A stretch of DNA of 20,000 nucleotides from an uncultured virus (IMG/VR IMGVR_UViG_3300025400_000009) (taxonomy: Duplodnaviria; Heunggongvirae; Uroviricota; Caudoviricetes). Under the pieces are notes generated by a model. It was not told the DNA's origin and did no database searches. It worked only from the letters and a program-made list of their open reading frames with translations. Numbering within the stretch: position 1 is the stretch's first letter; every line of letters begins with the position of its first letter. The position numbers and the translations under genes are program-made. Of this stretch, positions 1-9,587 are shown piece by piece. The stretch is taken from IMG/VR virus record IMGVR_UViG_3300025400_000009; one strand, 5' to 3'.

Positions 1-3000
1 ACAACTAGCGGAACACATTCTTTATCTGTGGGACAGTTAGTTTCTGTAGTTAACTTTAATAGTGAAGTTAACGGAGTTTATACTATTTTGGAAATACCAA
101 GCAACACTGAGTTTACAGTTGCTAGCACTCTAGGATCTATAGATTTTAATAATCCGTCAAGCCCTGGTATGTTGTTTACTTTTGACTCTATTAGAGTTGA
201 AACATTTGACAACTTACCTATTGACCAAACTCTGTATCGTTACAATCTCGGAAGTAAAGTATGGGTTAATACAGGTAATGGAACTGACAACAATGGTTGG
301 GCAGTTTATGAAAAAGTATTAAACTATACCAATACTGATGTTAAAAGCATATCAAGTATTTCAAACGAAGGACTTGGTTATAGTATTTCTAAACCAAAAG
401 GTAGCAAGATACTAGCAGTGGGTTCTCCATATTATACAGGAACCAATGTCGGAGGATTTGTATCTGGTAATGTAGGTTTATATGAGATTAACAACAACAA
501 ACTACAAGCAATCTCCTTTTACCAAATGTATAATACTGCTGGTACTGGTAACTTGTATGGATATTCTGTAGCATATAATCCTATACCTTTTAGTTCTTCT
601 ACCTACGGATTAATCTTTGCCGGAGCCCCGGGAGCAAATAATAATGCTGGAAAAGTTTTAGTCACGGGGTTAGATACCTATATACAAACTAAACTATTAG
701 CAACAATTACTACTTCTACATCGGGTTCTGCATTTGGTTCTAGTTTATCAGTAGTACCTACGAGTACTATTACAAGTTTATTATTTGTCGGAGCTCCGGT
801 AGGTAATGGTGCTGTTCACTCATATACAGTAAAATCTACAGCCACAGTTAGCTCGGTCTATTCGGGTTCTGTGTCAGGCACTTCGGGATCATTATTCGGT
901 ACTTCGATTGCTACAAATAGTACAGGTAGTTTGGTAGCAATAGGTGCTCCGGGTTACTCACAGGCTACAGGGCAAGTTCGATATTACACCGGTAGTTTAT
1001 CTTCATTAGGCACAATCACTTCTCCATTTGCAACAGGAACCAACTTTGGCCAATCTTTGGCAATGAGTCGAGACGGCTATTATCTTGCTGTAAGTGCTCC
1101 TAATCTAAACAATGACGATGGAAGTATAGGTGCTGTGTGCATTTATACATTGACAAATAATGCATATGTATTAGATACAACCTTAATAAATCCAGTAATA
1201 GGTTCGACAATGAACTTTGGCATAGCTATGGATTTTACATCAGAAGCTGATGCCTTGGTTGTTACCGCATTAGGAACAAACACTTCGGTTGTAACTTATT
1301 TTGATGAACACACAACTACCTTTGATTTAGACACAACTAGATTTACAGAATCTGAAATAATGTCGGGCTCTGCTTATTTGTATTCACGTAGAGGTACACG
1401 ATTTGTCTATAGCGAAGAACTAGTCAACGCAGAAGAAAACATTACAACAGGTACTAACTATGGAACATCTGTTTCATTAGACAACGGTGTTGTACTAGTC
1501 GGTGCTCCGGGCGGTTCAACACAACTAGTAAGTACTGCTACCAGTGCAATCTATCAGTTTACTGCAATAGACCCAGCAGTGGTAGGATGGAATCAGTTAC
1601 GAGTTCAAGACGATTTTGTATTACCTTCGGGTGTTCAAAAGATTTGTTTAGTTGATACAGTATCTAATGATATTATTAACTATTATGACTATGTGGATCC
1701 GTTAAAAGGTCAAATCGTTGGTCTTGCTGAGGAAGAACTAACTTATAAAGTTGCAAGTGATCCTGCTATATATAGCATCGGTGATTCTAAAGTAAATGTT
1801 AATAATGTATCAAACTGGCTTGACAATCAAGTAGGTCAACTATGGTGGGATTTAAGTACTGCCAAGTTTACCTGGTATGAGCAAGGTGATTTAGAATATC
1901 GTAGAATCAACTGGAACACACTATTCCCTGGGGCTAGTATTGATGTATACGAATGGGTTAAATCTACATTGTTGCCAAGTGATTGGGCTATTCAAGCCGA
2001 CACAACTTCGGGACTTGCAAAAGGTATTAGCGGTCAACCTAAATATCCTGACAACAGTACATTGTCGGTTACACAAGAATATGATTCTGCAACAGGTGGC
2101 TTTATTAATACCTATTATTACTGGGTTAAGAATAAAGCAACTATACCTAATGTAGCTGATCGTAGAACCAGCGCACAGAATGTAGCTTCTTATATTGCTA
2201 ACCCGTTAGCTGCTGGCCTACAGTTTGCATCTATAATAGATAAAAATACCATAATGTTAGCTAATATTGCTACTGAGTTAAAATCTGATCAAATCAGTCT
2301 AAACTTTGCTATTGATAATACTAACAGTAAAATACCTCGTCACACAGAGTGGCAGTTAATGACAGACGGCAAAGAAACAAGCACACCACCCGGACTGTTA
2401 GAACGTAAAATGATTGATAGTTTTATTGGATATAGTACAAGTACAGGTGCTCTTGTTCCTGATCCAAAACTGTCAGCTAGAGCTAAGTTTGGTATTGGCA
2501 TCAGACCTCAACAAACATTATTCAACAACAGATTTGAAGCATTGCGTAATGTTATAGATTTTGCCAACAGCATTTTAATAGATGTTCAAGTTACCAGCAA
2601 CTACAGTTTTAATAACTTAAACGCCGCTGAGCCTTTTCCTACTCAATATACCGTAATCGAGGATGCTACAGAGTTGGATCCGGTATTTGTTGGAAGTACA
2701 TCGACTGTTACAGTATTAGTTGATGCTGATTCTAACAACGGATGGGCAGTATATGAACTACAAAATAGTAAATGGGTAAGAGTAAGAACACAAAGTTATA
2801 ACACTCCATTATATTGGAAACATGTTGATTGGGTGTCTACTTCTTACGATGCTTATCGAGATATTACTGTTGCAGTTGACGAGTTATATCAGTTGGCTGA
2901 AGTTAGTCTATCTGCCGGGCAATATGTCAAAGTTAATAATCGAGGCGACGGCAACTATATTATTCTAGAAGTAGCACCTGCTGGTACTGTTGGTGATTTT

Positions 3001-6000
3001 GGTAATAACTATCTAACTCGTTATATACAAAACGGTACTATTCAGTTCTTAGATACTTTATGGAATCTAGCATTTGGATGGAATCAAACATATAGTTACA
3101 GTCAAACATTGTTTGATCAAACTCCTAACAAGGAAATTCAATTTATTCTTACTGCCTTAAAGGATGATTTGTTTATCAATGATTTAAGAGTCAACTGGAA
3201 TAAACTATTCTTCAAGGCCATGAAGTATGCTGTTTCAGAGCAGCCTGCTATTGATTGGATATTAAAAACATCGTTTATTGATGTAACTAACTATGCGGGA
3301 CAGTTGACACAGCCTCCTATCTATAAGTTACAAGATAGTTCTTACTATGAAGATTTTATTAATGAAGTAAAACCCTACCATACAAAAGTTAGAAACTTTA
3401 CAACTAACTTTAGTAATACAGAGTTTTCTCAAACATTGACTACTGATTTTGATTTCCCTGCATATTGGAGTACATTAACAAATAAATTTGTTACTACTCC
3501 TGTGTCAACATCGTCGTTGGTATATCCACAATATTTGTCAAACAGTGGTACATATACTACTTCTACTGTACCTACTTTAGAAAGTTTGTTTGTAAATCCT
3601 GTTCGACAAATAACTGAGACTATGGTCTTTGACAGAATTTCTACAAGAAATCAAATTGGCAGTTTGTCTGTAACAGATATTTTTATTGGTGATGGTGCTA
3701 GTACTGAATTCGTCCTAAGTTGGGTAGCACAGGCTGATAGATTTAAAATGAATCTATCTGTTACTGGCGAGTACGTATTGCCTACCGAATACACCGTTCG
3801 ATATTATAAAGAAACTTATAATGGTTTTACCAAACACTATTCTAAACTAGTATTCTTAAATATTGATCAAGCTCCTGCATTAGGTGCGGTAGTTACGTTC
3901 ACTTACGAAAAGAGTGTATCGTTAATGTCTGCCGTAGAACGTATTCAAAACTTCTATGCACCGACCGCGGGTATGGCAGGTACTGCTACTGAACAACTGA
4001 TGGTAGGAGTTGATGATCCTAGAACACATATCGGCGGCCAATATGAAGGAAAGAGTTTTGTAAATCCCTACGGTAATATTGTAGGCGGCCCTGATAGTCT
4101 TATTAATCCTAGTCATCTTTCTGGTACCTACGATATAAACTTATCTCAGCCTTATCCGACATGGTCAGGAACAAACTTAATAAATGCATTAGGTGTTGAT
4201 CCTGCAGATTTAATCATCGAAGGTGAATATGGATTTGTAACAACAAGTTCTGCCTATGCTCCTGAAGAAGTTATTCCTGGTGTAGTTGCAGATACATTAG
4301 GTATTGATGTTTATACTCAAGCAGGGTATGTTACACCTACTATTGTAAACGGTTCTGGAAATGTCATAGCAGGTACTTCTTGTACATTCCCGTTATCAAG
4401 TCTTCCGACTACTATCGGAAGCATTGTGGTAGCAGTTAATGGTACTGAGTTTGCATACTCAACAGTAACAAATATATCTAATACATTTAATATTGATTGG
4501 ATAAACTCTGCATTGGTTATTCCTCCACAACCCACTGACGGTGTTGTGGCATACACTATTATTGGTGTTGGATCAAACTCATCAGCTATTCCTGGAATCA
4601 TTGATAGAGTAACAGTTAATACAGTAGCAAATACTACTACCGCTCAAGCAGTTAGTTTAGGTAGTTTTGATGAAGTTACAGGAGTCTTTGTAACATTAGA
4701 TGGACAAATACTTTCTTCTAATATAATACCTAGCCCGTACTATCAACTTGTTCCAGCTTCTACAACATCTAACAGAGCATCTGTTATTGTTTATAATCTT
4801 CCACTGGGTATTGAAAATACATTGCAGGCTTGGTTCTTTGATAATGTAGGTACTAACTTTAATCAAGTTAATGTAAACTATATAACTGTAAATGGCCAAG
4901 CAATTTTTGATCCAAATCAGCCCACTTTTGCAGGAATAGATATTCCTAATCCTCCGGGAAATGTTGGACCTCCGAGCTCACAGGTAATAGTAGAAGCATC
5001 GGACATAGGTAGTAATACTTCTATAAGATTATTACCACCAAGTGTTACCTATTATACAGTGACATCTACTAGTGTTACTCAATATCAAATCAAAGATGCC
5101 TTTAACCCATTTGTAAAAGATGTTAACTACGGAGACAACGTTAATGTTTATATAAACGGTTCTCAAATAGCATTAGGTGCAGATTTTACTTTTGACAATA
5201 ACAATGTAACAATATCCAAATCTTTTAATGTCGGTGACGTTATTGCGGTTGAATCATATATGCCAAATAACTTTGCAAATCACTATAATAGTTCAACTTC
5301 AGTGACCTATGATTATGATTATATTGTAACTTTGCAAGGTAAACTAGTATTATCACCAAACTGGTATACAAGAACTAATATAAATTATAAGATTACAACT
5401 TATACTGATCAGGATTCTATGGGTATCGAAACACAAGTGTTTAAAGGAAATCCATATAGAACATATATTTTAGATAGACCTGTTCTAGATCAAAATTACG
5501 TTTGGGTTACAATCAACTATCCAATATCTAACACAGGTAGATCTGGAGAACAAGTGTTAATAGGCGGCGTTGATTTCCAAGTGTTGTCTGATCAGTTAAC
5601 TGTTGTTATTGGTGATGCATACGATGTTACCTCAGATTGTACTGTGGTGATAATGAGTATTGCCGGTCCTTCTAATAAAAACATTCTAGGTTACAGATAT
5701 TTTAGAAATATTCTGGGACAAGAATCTTTTACAAGACTGTCTAATAAAAACTCTACATACCTAACACAACCGTTGTATACAACATCTACAGAAATACATG
5801 TTGCAGATTCTACAATATTAAGCCCTGCTGATCCTGGAACAAATACTCCGGGTGCAGTATTGATTTCAGGAGAATTAATAGAGTTCTATGAAAATAGCAA
5901 TAATGTTTTAAGCCAACTAAGACGCGGTGCCCGTGGCACAGGTATTATTACTACAGCAACTTTGGGTACTCGTGTAATAGATCAAGGTGTGTATCAAACT

Positions 6001-6921
6001 GTTCCAATAGCACCTGAACAGGCTTATCAAGAAACAGTATTAGCACAGAATACATATACTAATGCTGCTCTAAGTAATACCTATACTATCAAATCTTCAT
6101 CTATTACTGGATGGATTAATACTTTAACAGCTTCTGTTATTAGATGTGATGGTATTTCTTTCCTAACCTCGGTATCACCGTTACCAGTTGATCCTTATAC
6201 AGGTTCCTTTGTTGTCGGTAATAGAATATATTCTGTCTCTACTGCAAGTATTGCAGCCAAAGATCAAATACAAGTTTACTATGGCGGTTATCCGTTGCGT
6301 AAAAATATTTCATATTACCAAGACACAACAGTACAACATGACAGTATATTGGAATCTCAAATACTTGGAACATTCCCTACAGTATCTTCATTGACTAATG
6401 TGTATTCTAGGTTGTCAACTGATTTACAATATACTCCGAATCCTGCATATGTTACCACTGACACTAGTATTGTTTGGGTATACAAATCAGGACAATCGCA
6501 AGTAAATATTGATTATACTACATCAACCAATGTAGGACTTCCAGTTAAATCTACAGGTACAACTTACCTTGTAACAAGTACTAACTTGATTTATTGGTCA
6601 ACTGGTACAGGTTATATAGTAACTGCAACACTGGGATTAATTGATTCTGGATTACGTCAACTACCGCCTGATTTTACTATTAACACTAGTACTCAAGTGA
6701 TAACATTAAATACTTCAACAGTTAAGTTAAACACAGGAACATTGTTATCGATTGTTATGAAACGTGTAACCTCTAGCTGGAACGATGTTGTATCTGCAGG
6801 AACTTCAACTGTTTCTCTAACATCTAGTACAAGTTTTGAAGCACAGTTCTTACAAGAAGCGCCTGCTATACTTCCTGATGTTTATTTCTATAGTGGAAAT
6901 GCAATTAAAGGGAACGTATAA
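1..6921 (+). CDS. Very large virion structural protein (baseplate/tail-associated), 5'-truncated; contains an FG-GAP-like beta-propeller
   Basis: The frame is open from base 1 (TTSGTHSLSV precedes the GTG at 28), so the true start lies upstream of the window. It is >2300 aa, Thr/Ser/Asn/Val-rich with beta-strand character, has seven FG..S...GAP repeats, and lies directly upstream of fibre-like genes. It ends in TAA at 6919-6921. Confidence 0.75.
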   Translation, partial: TTSGTHSLSVGQLVSVVNFNSEVNGVYTILEIPSNTEFTVASTLGSIDFNNPSSPGMLFTFDSIRVETFDNLPIDQTLYRYNLGSKVWVNTGNGTDNNGWAVYEKVLNYTNTDVKSISSISNEGLGYSISKPKGSKILAVGSPYYTGTNVGGFVSGNVGLYEINNNKLQAISFYQMYNTAGTGNLYGYSVAYNPIPFSSSTYGLIFAGAPGANNNAGKVLVTGLDTYIQTKLLATITTSTSGSAFGSSLSVVPTSTITSLLFVGAPVGNGAVHSYTVKSTATVSSVYSGSVSGTSGSLFGTSIATNSTGSLVAIGAPGYSQATGQVRYYTGSLSSLGTITSPFATGTNFGQSLAMSRDGYYLAVSAPNLNNDDGSIGAVCIYTLTNNAYVLDTTLINPVIGSTMNFGIAMDFTSEADALVVTALGTNTSVVTYFDEHTTTFDLDTTRFTESEIMSGSAYLYSRRGTRFVYSEELVNAEENITTGTNYGTSVSLDNGVVLVGAPGGSTQLVSTATSAIYQFTAIDPAVVGWNQLRVQDDFVLPSGVQKICLVDTVSNDIINYYDYVDPLKGQIVGLAEEELTYKVASDPAIYSIGDSKVNVNNVSNWLDNQVGQLWWDLSTAKFTWYEQGDLEYRRINWNTLFPGASIDVYEWVKSTLLPSDWAIQADTTSGLAKGISGQPKYPDNSTLSVTQEYDSATGGFINTYYYWVKNKATIPNVADRRTSAQNVASYIANPLAAGLQFASIIDKNTIMLANIATELKSDQISLNFAIDNTNSKIPRHTEWQLMTDGKETSTPPGLLERKMIDSFIGYSTSTGALVPDPKLSARAKFGIGIRPQQTLFNNRFEALRNVIDFANSILIDVQVTSNYSFNNLNAAEPFPTQYTVIEDATELDPVFVGSTSTVTVLVDADSNNGWAVYELQNSKWVRVRTQSYNTPLYWKHVDWVSTSYDAYRDITVAVDELYQLAEVSLSAGQYVKVNNRGDGNYIILEVAPAGTVGDFGNNYLTRYIQNGTIQFLDTLWNLAFGWNQTYSYSQTLFDQTPNKEIQFILTALKDDLFINDLRVNWNKLFFKAMKYAVSEQPAIDWILKTSFIDVTNYAGQLTQPPIYKLQDSSYYEDFINEVKPYHTKVRNFTTNFSNTEFSQTLTTDFDFPAYWSTLTNKFVTTPVSTSSLVYPQYLSNSGTYTTSTVPTLESLFVNPVRQITETMVFDRISTRNQIGSLSVTDIFIGDGASTEFVLSWVAQADRFKMNLSVTGEYVLPTEYTVRYYKETYNGFTKHYSKLVFLNIDQAPALGAVVTFTYEKSVSLMSAVERIQNFYAPTAGMAGTATEQLMVGVDDPRTHIGGQYEGKSFVNPYGNIVGGPDSLINPSHLSGTYDINLSQPYPTWSGTNLINALGVDPADLIIEGEYGFVTTSSAYAPEEVIPGVVADTLGIDVYTQAGYVTPTIVNGSGNVIAGTSCTFPLSSLPTTIGSIVVAVNGTEFAYSTVTNISNTFNIDWINSALVIPPQPTDGVVAYTIIGVGSNSSAIPGIIDRVTVNTVANTTTAQAVSLGSFDEVTGVFVTLDGQILSSNIIPSPYYQLVPASTTSNRASVIVYNLPLGIENTLQAWFFDNVGTNFNQVNVNYITVNGQAIFDPNQPTFAGIDIPNPPGNVGPPSSQVIVEASDIGSNTSIRLLPPSVTYYTVTSTSVTQYQIKDAFNPFVKDVNYGDNVNVYINGSQIALGADFTFDNNNVTISKSFNVGDVIAVESYMPNNFANHYNSSTSVTYDYDYIVTLQGKLVLSPNWYTRTNINYKITTYTDQDSMGIETQVFKGNPYRTYILDRPVLDQNYVWVTINYPISNTGRSGEQVLIGGVDFQVLSDQLTVVIGDAYDVTSDCTVVIMSIAGPSNKNILGYRYFRNILGQESFTRLSNKNSTYLTQPLYTTSTEIHVADSTILSPADPGTNTPGAVLISGELIEFYENSNNVLSQLRRGARGTGIITTATLGTRVIDQGVYQTVPIAPEQAYQETVLAQNTYTNAALSNTYTIKSSSITGWINTLTASVIRCDGISFLTSVSPLPVDPYTGSFVVGNRIYSVSTASIAAKDQIQVYYGGYPLRKNISYYQDTTVQHDSILESQILGTFPTVSSLTNVYSRLSTDLQYTPNPAYVTTDTSIVWVYKSGQSQVNIDYTTSTNVGLPVKSTGTTYLVTSTNLIYWSTGTGYIVTATLGLIDSGLRQLPPDFTINTSTQVITLNTSTVKLNTGTLLSIVMKRVTSSWNDVVSAGTSTVSLTSSTSFEAQFLQEAPAILPDVYFYSGNAIKGNV
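367..1560 (+). repeat. Seven FG-GAP-like protein repeats (predicted 7-bladed beta-propeller)
   Basis: LGYSIS..LAVGSP; YGYSVA..IFAGAP; FGSSLS..LFVGAP; FGTSIA..VAIGAP; FGQSLA..LAVSAP; FGIAMD..LVVTAL; YGTSVS..VLVGAP. Each is followed by a G-x-V-x-(V/I/Y)-Y type strand. Confidence 0.8.
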
Positions 6922-6926
6922 ACTAG

Positions 6927-6934
6927 CATAAATA
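6927..6934 (+). promoter_or_regulatory. Putative T4-like late promoter (CATAAATA)
   Basis: 7/8 match to the T4 late promoter TATAAATA, in the 18 nt gap between two structural genes and 5 nt before the ATG at 6940. Confidence 0.5.
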
Positions 6935-6939
6935 TCATC

Positions 6940-7575
6940 ATGGAACAAAAACAAATGAATACCAACACAGAAAAAAAACCCAATGAACAAGGAAACATTG
7001 CTGTTCGCGGGCATATTAAAATCTATAATCCAGAAACCGGACAAGTGTTTATTGACAAGCCTAATGCTATTAACTATGAAACTTTTAGTATAAGTTTAGC
7101 ACAAAGTGTTAGTAACCAAGGCCGAGGAATGATCGAAGGTATGGCATTTGGTAATGGAGGTACTCGCGTTGACGATACCGGTATTATTACATACCTAACA
7201 CCGAACGTTATTGGTACAACTGCTGGTCTATATAATCAAACTTATTATAAAGTAGTTGATTCAAATCAAACATACGACTTGGATCCTGCTAGAAACTTTA
7301 TGGAAGTTAGACATGTCGCTGGCTCATTCTATAGTGATGTTTTAGTTAGTTGTTTATTAGATTTTGGTGAGCCCAACGGCCAAATGGCCTTTGACAATGC
7401 TACTAACAGCGATGGTACATATGTGTTTGACGAACTTGGTCTTAGAGCATATAGTCCAAATGGTCCTGGAACTGGGCCGTTGTTAACTCATGTAATTTTT
7501 CACCCTGTGCAAAAAAGTTTGAATCGAATGATTCAGATTGATTATACCATCCGAGTACAGAGTTTAAGTTCTTAA
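6940..7575 (+). CDS. Virion structural protein (tail/baseplate-associated), 211 aa
   Basis: Clean ORF inside the structural module. Motifs RGHIKIY, MAFGNGG, FDELGL and HPVQKSLNR.I.IDYT resemble the pattern of phage tail-fibre attachment/baseplate proteins. The function is inferred mainly from context. Confidence 0.6.
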   Translation: MEQKQMNTNTEKKPNEQGNIAVRGHIKIYNPETGQVFIDKPNAINYETFSISLAQSVSNQGRGMIEGMAFGNGGTRVDDTGIITYLTPNVIGTTAGLYNQTYYKVVDSNQTYDLDPARNFMEVRHVAGSFYSDVLVSCLLDFGEPNGQMAFDNATNSDGTYVFDELGLRAYSPNGPGTGPLLTHVIFHPVQKSLNRMIQIDYTIRVQSLSS

Positions 7576-7585
7576 GGATAGTGTA

Positions 7586-8374
7586 ATGGCATATACAATT
7601 TTAAATAATAATAACACAGTTTTAGTAAGAGTAGCCGATGACTCTATTGATCAATCTACCAGTGTTACTTTTGTTGGTAAAGATTATGCTGGTTACGGAC
7701 AATACTATAATCAAAACCTAGTAACATTATTAACTAATTCTGCCAATCCTAACTATTCCCCTCCCGCTAATCCTTTAGGCGGCCAATTGTGGTATGATAC
7801 AACATATAAAAAACTTAGAGTATTTGATGCTACTTCGGGTACATTTATAAGTGCCGGCGGAGCAACTATTGGTACTAGTCAACCTGCTGGATTAAACGCT
7901 GGTGATTTTTGGTATAATAGCAATAATGCCACACAAACAATAAATTTCTTTAATGGAAGTTCTTTTGTTACCCTTTCGACCTATCCAATGAATCAACCAA
8001 CTGGATTGATTACACCTATACTACCTATTCTTAATAATACCAGTCCTCCGATAAATCAACAAGTTTCTTTATTAGAAAACTACGGTGTAGTAAAAGGTGC
8101 ATTAAGTAATAGTTCGTTTACGGTTAATGGAACTCAAAGCGTAAACATTTTTAATACAACCAGCTACACTATTACCCAGGGATTAAATATCATTGGTAAT
8201 ATACAAGCTTCTGCAAATGTCATTACTAACAATGTAACTGCTACTTCGATAACTGTTAATTCTATTTCTATCGGTGCTGCGACTAGCGGAACTCCTACAA
8301 ATAACACAACAGCTTCGTCTTGGTTAAAAATAGTTGTAGCAGGAACTCAGTACTTTTTACCTTTATATCAATAA
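7586..8374 (+). CDS. Short tail fibre-like protein, 262 aa
   Basis: SD-like AAGGA upstream. The N-terminal module (FVGKDYAGYG..NQNLV.LL..P..GQLWYD) is shared with the next gene, and a second P...GDFWYN repeat follows. The C-terminus is WLKIVVAGTQYFLPLYQ. Confidence 0.65.
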   Translation: MAYTILNNNNTVLVRVADDSIDQSTSVTFVGKDYAGYGQYYNQNLVTLLTNSANPNYSPPANPLGGQLWYDTTYKKLRVFDATSGTFISAGGATIGTSQPAGLNAGDFWYNSNNATQTINFFNGSSFVTLSTYPMNQPTGLITPILPILNNTSPPINQQVSLLENYGVVKGALSNSSFTVNGTQSVNIFNTTSYTITQGLNIIGNIQASANVITNNVTATSITVNSISIGAATSGTPTNNTTASSWLKIVVAGTQYFLPLYQ

Positions 8375-8378
8375 TACT

Positions 8379-9587
8379 ATGTCATACATTTTAACCAAAA
8401 CCAGCGGTACTGTATTAACAACAGTTCGAGATGCAACAATAGATCAAACTACAAGCCTTACCTTTGTTGGTAAAAACTTTTCTGGATATGGTCAACCTTT
8501 AGAAGAAAACTTCGTTGGGCTATTAGAAAACTTTAATAACTCTGTGTCTCCAACTAATCCAATACAGGGACAACTATGGTTTAATAATCAAACTCAGCAG
8601 TTAAATGTTTCTTATGATGGTACTAACTTTAAAGGTATTGCCAGTTTGAGCGTATGTGGATCTAGTACTATTCCAAATAATCCTGTAACTGGAGATATGA
8701 TTTGGAATACATCTACTCAACAGTTATCGGTATATGATCAAACTTCTAATGGATTTGTGTTTATCGGACCATTTGATCAAGGAACTGGCAGCTCGTGGTC
8801 ATTTACTCCTGAGCAAACAAATCAATCTGTTTATCAAGCAACTATTCGTGGGCTTGTAGATGGTTTAAATGTACTAGCAATATCCAATGTTAACTATGTA
8901 CCTGCAACATATCCGAGCAGTGATTTAGGCGTAGGCTCTGCTAATACATTTACAGTTGTTAAAGCTGGTATTACCTTGCCTGGAGCAGATTCTGCAACTG
9001 GAGTTTCTACAGTATCGACAACATCTGGATATATGTTATGGGGTACTGCGGCTCACTCACTATTAACATCTGGGTTGAATGTCACTGCCGCCCCTTCTGG
9101 AACATTATATATCCCTATGGTTTCTAATGCTACAGGTGCATCTAATGCTGTAGTAAACTCATCGTTTAACTATACTAATGGTGTATTAAATGCTACAGCC
9201 ACTGCCGCTTACTATGCCGACTTGGCAGAGCGTTACGAAGCTGATGCTATATATGAACCTGGAACCGTTTTAGTAATCGGCGGCCTAAAAGAAGTTACAA
9301 CTACTACTAAATTTGCTGATACAAGGGTAGCGGGTATAGTGTCTACAAATCCTGCCTATTTAATGAATAAAGACGCCGGAAATGACGAAACTCACCCTGC
9401 AATTGCCTTAAAAGGTCGTGTTCTTTGCAAAGTTCACGGCTATATTGAAAGAGGTGATCTTTTAGTTACTAGTGACTATGCAGGATATGCTACAGCGGCT
9501 AAATCGGTATCTGAAGGATCTGTAATAGGAAAAGCCCTGCAAAGTAACTCACAGGGCTTTGGGGTTATTGAAGTTCTTGTAGTTTAA
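8379..9587 (+). CDS. Tail fibre/spike protein with C-terminal intramolecular chaperone (peptidase G2-like) domain, 402 aa
   Basis: The N-terminus is paralogous to the previous gene (FVGKNFSGYG..ENFV.LLENF..P..GQLWFN). The C-terminal ADLAERY..YEPGTVLVIGG..GIVST.P..ALKGRV.CKV.G.I..GDLLVTS..IGKAL matches the autoproteolytic chaperone pattern. Confidence 0.75.
   Translation: MSYILTKTSGTVLTTVRDATIDQTTSLTFVGKNFSGYGQPLEENFVGLLENFNNSVSPTNPIQGQLWFNNQTQQLNVSYDGTNFKGIASLSVCGSSTIPNNPVTGDMIWNTSTQQLSVYDQTSNGFVFIGPFDQGTGSSWSFTPEQTNQSVYQATIRGLVDGLNVLAISNVNYVPATYPSSDLGVGSANTFTVVKAGITLPGADSATGVSTVSTTSGYMLWGTAAHSLLTSGLNVTAAPSGTLYIPMVSNATGASNAVVNSSFNYTNGVLNATATAAYYADLAERYEADAIYEPGTVLVIGGLKEVTTTTKFADTRVAGIVSTNPAYLMNKDAGNDETHPAIALKGRVLCKVHGYIERGDLLVTSDYAGYATAAKSVSEGSVIGKALQSNSQGFGVIEVLVV
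9527..9560 (-). terminator. Putative intrinsic terminator for the thyA transcript, embedded in the opposite-strand CDS
   Basis: Perfect 9 bp inverted repeat AAAGCCCTG (9531-9539) / CAGGGCTTT (9552-9560) with a 12 nt loop. The minus strand reads ...CAGGGCTTTTCCTATT, starting 23 nt after the thyA stop. Confidence 0.45.

Noticed and set aside
1940..7044. Short alternative-frame or antisense ORFs inside the structural genes
   Set aside because: They are 64-94 aa, nested in long genes and lack translation signals or protein-like motifs.
7586..9587. Diversity-generating retroelement target, given the Mtd-like G-x-L-W repeats in the fibres
   Set aside because: I found no near-identical template/variable repeat pair and no reverse transcriptase in the window.
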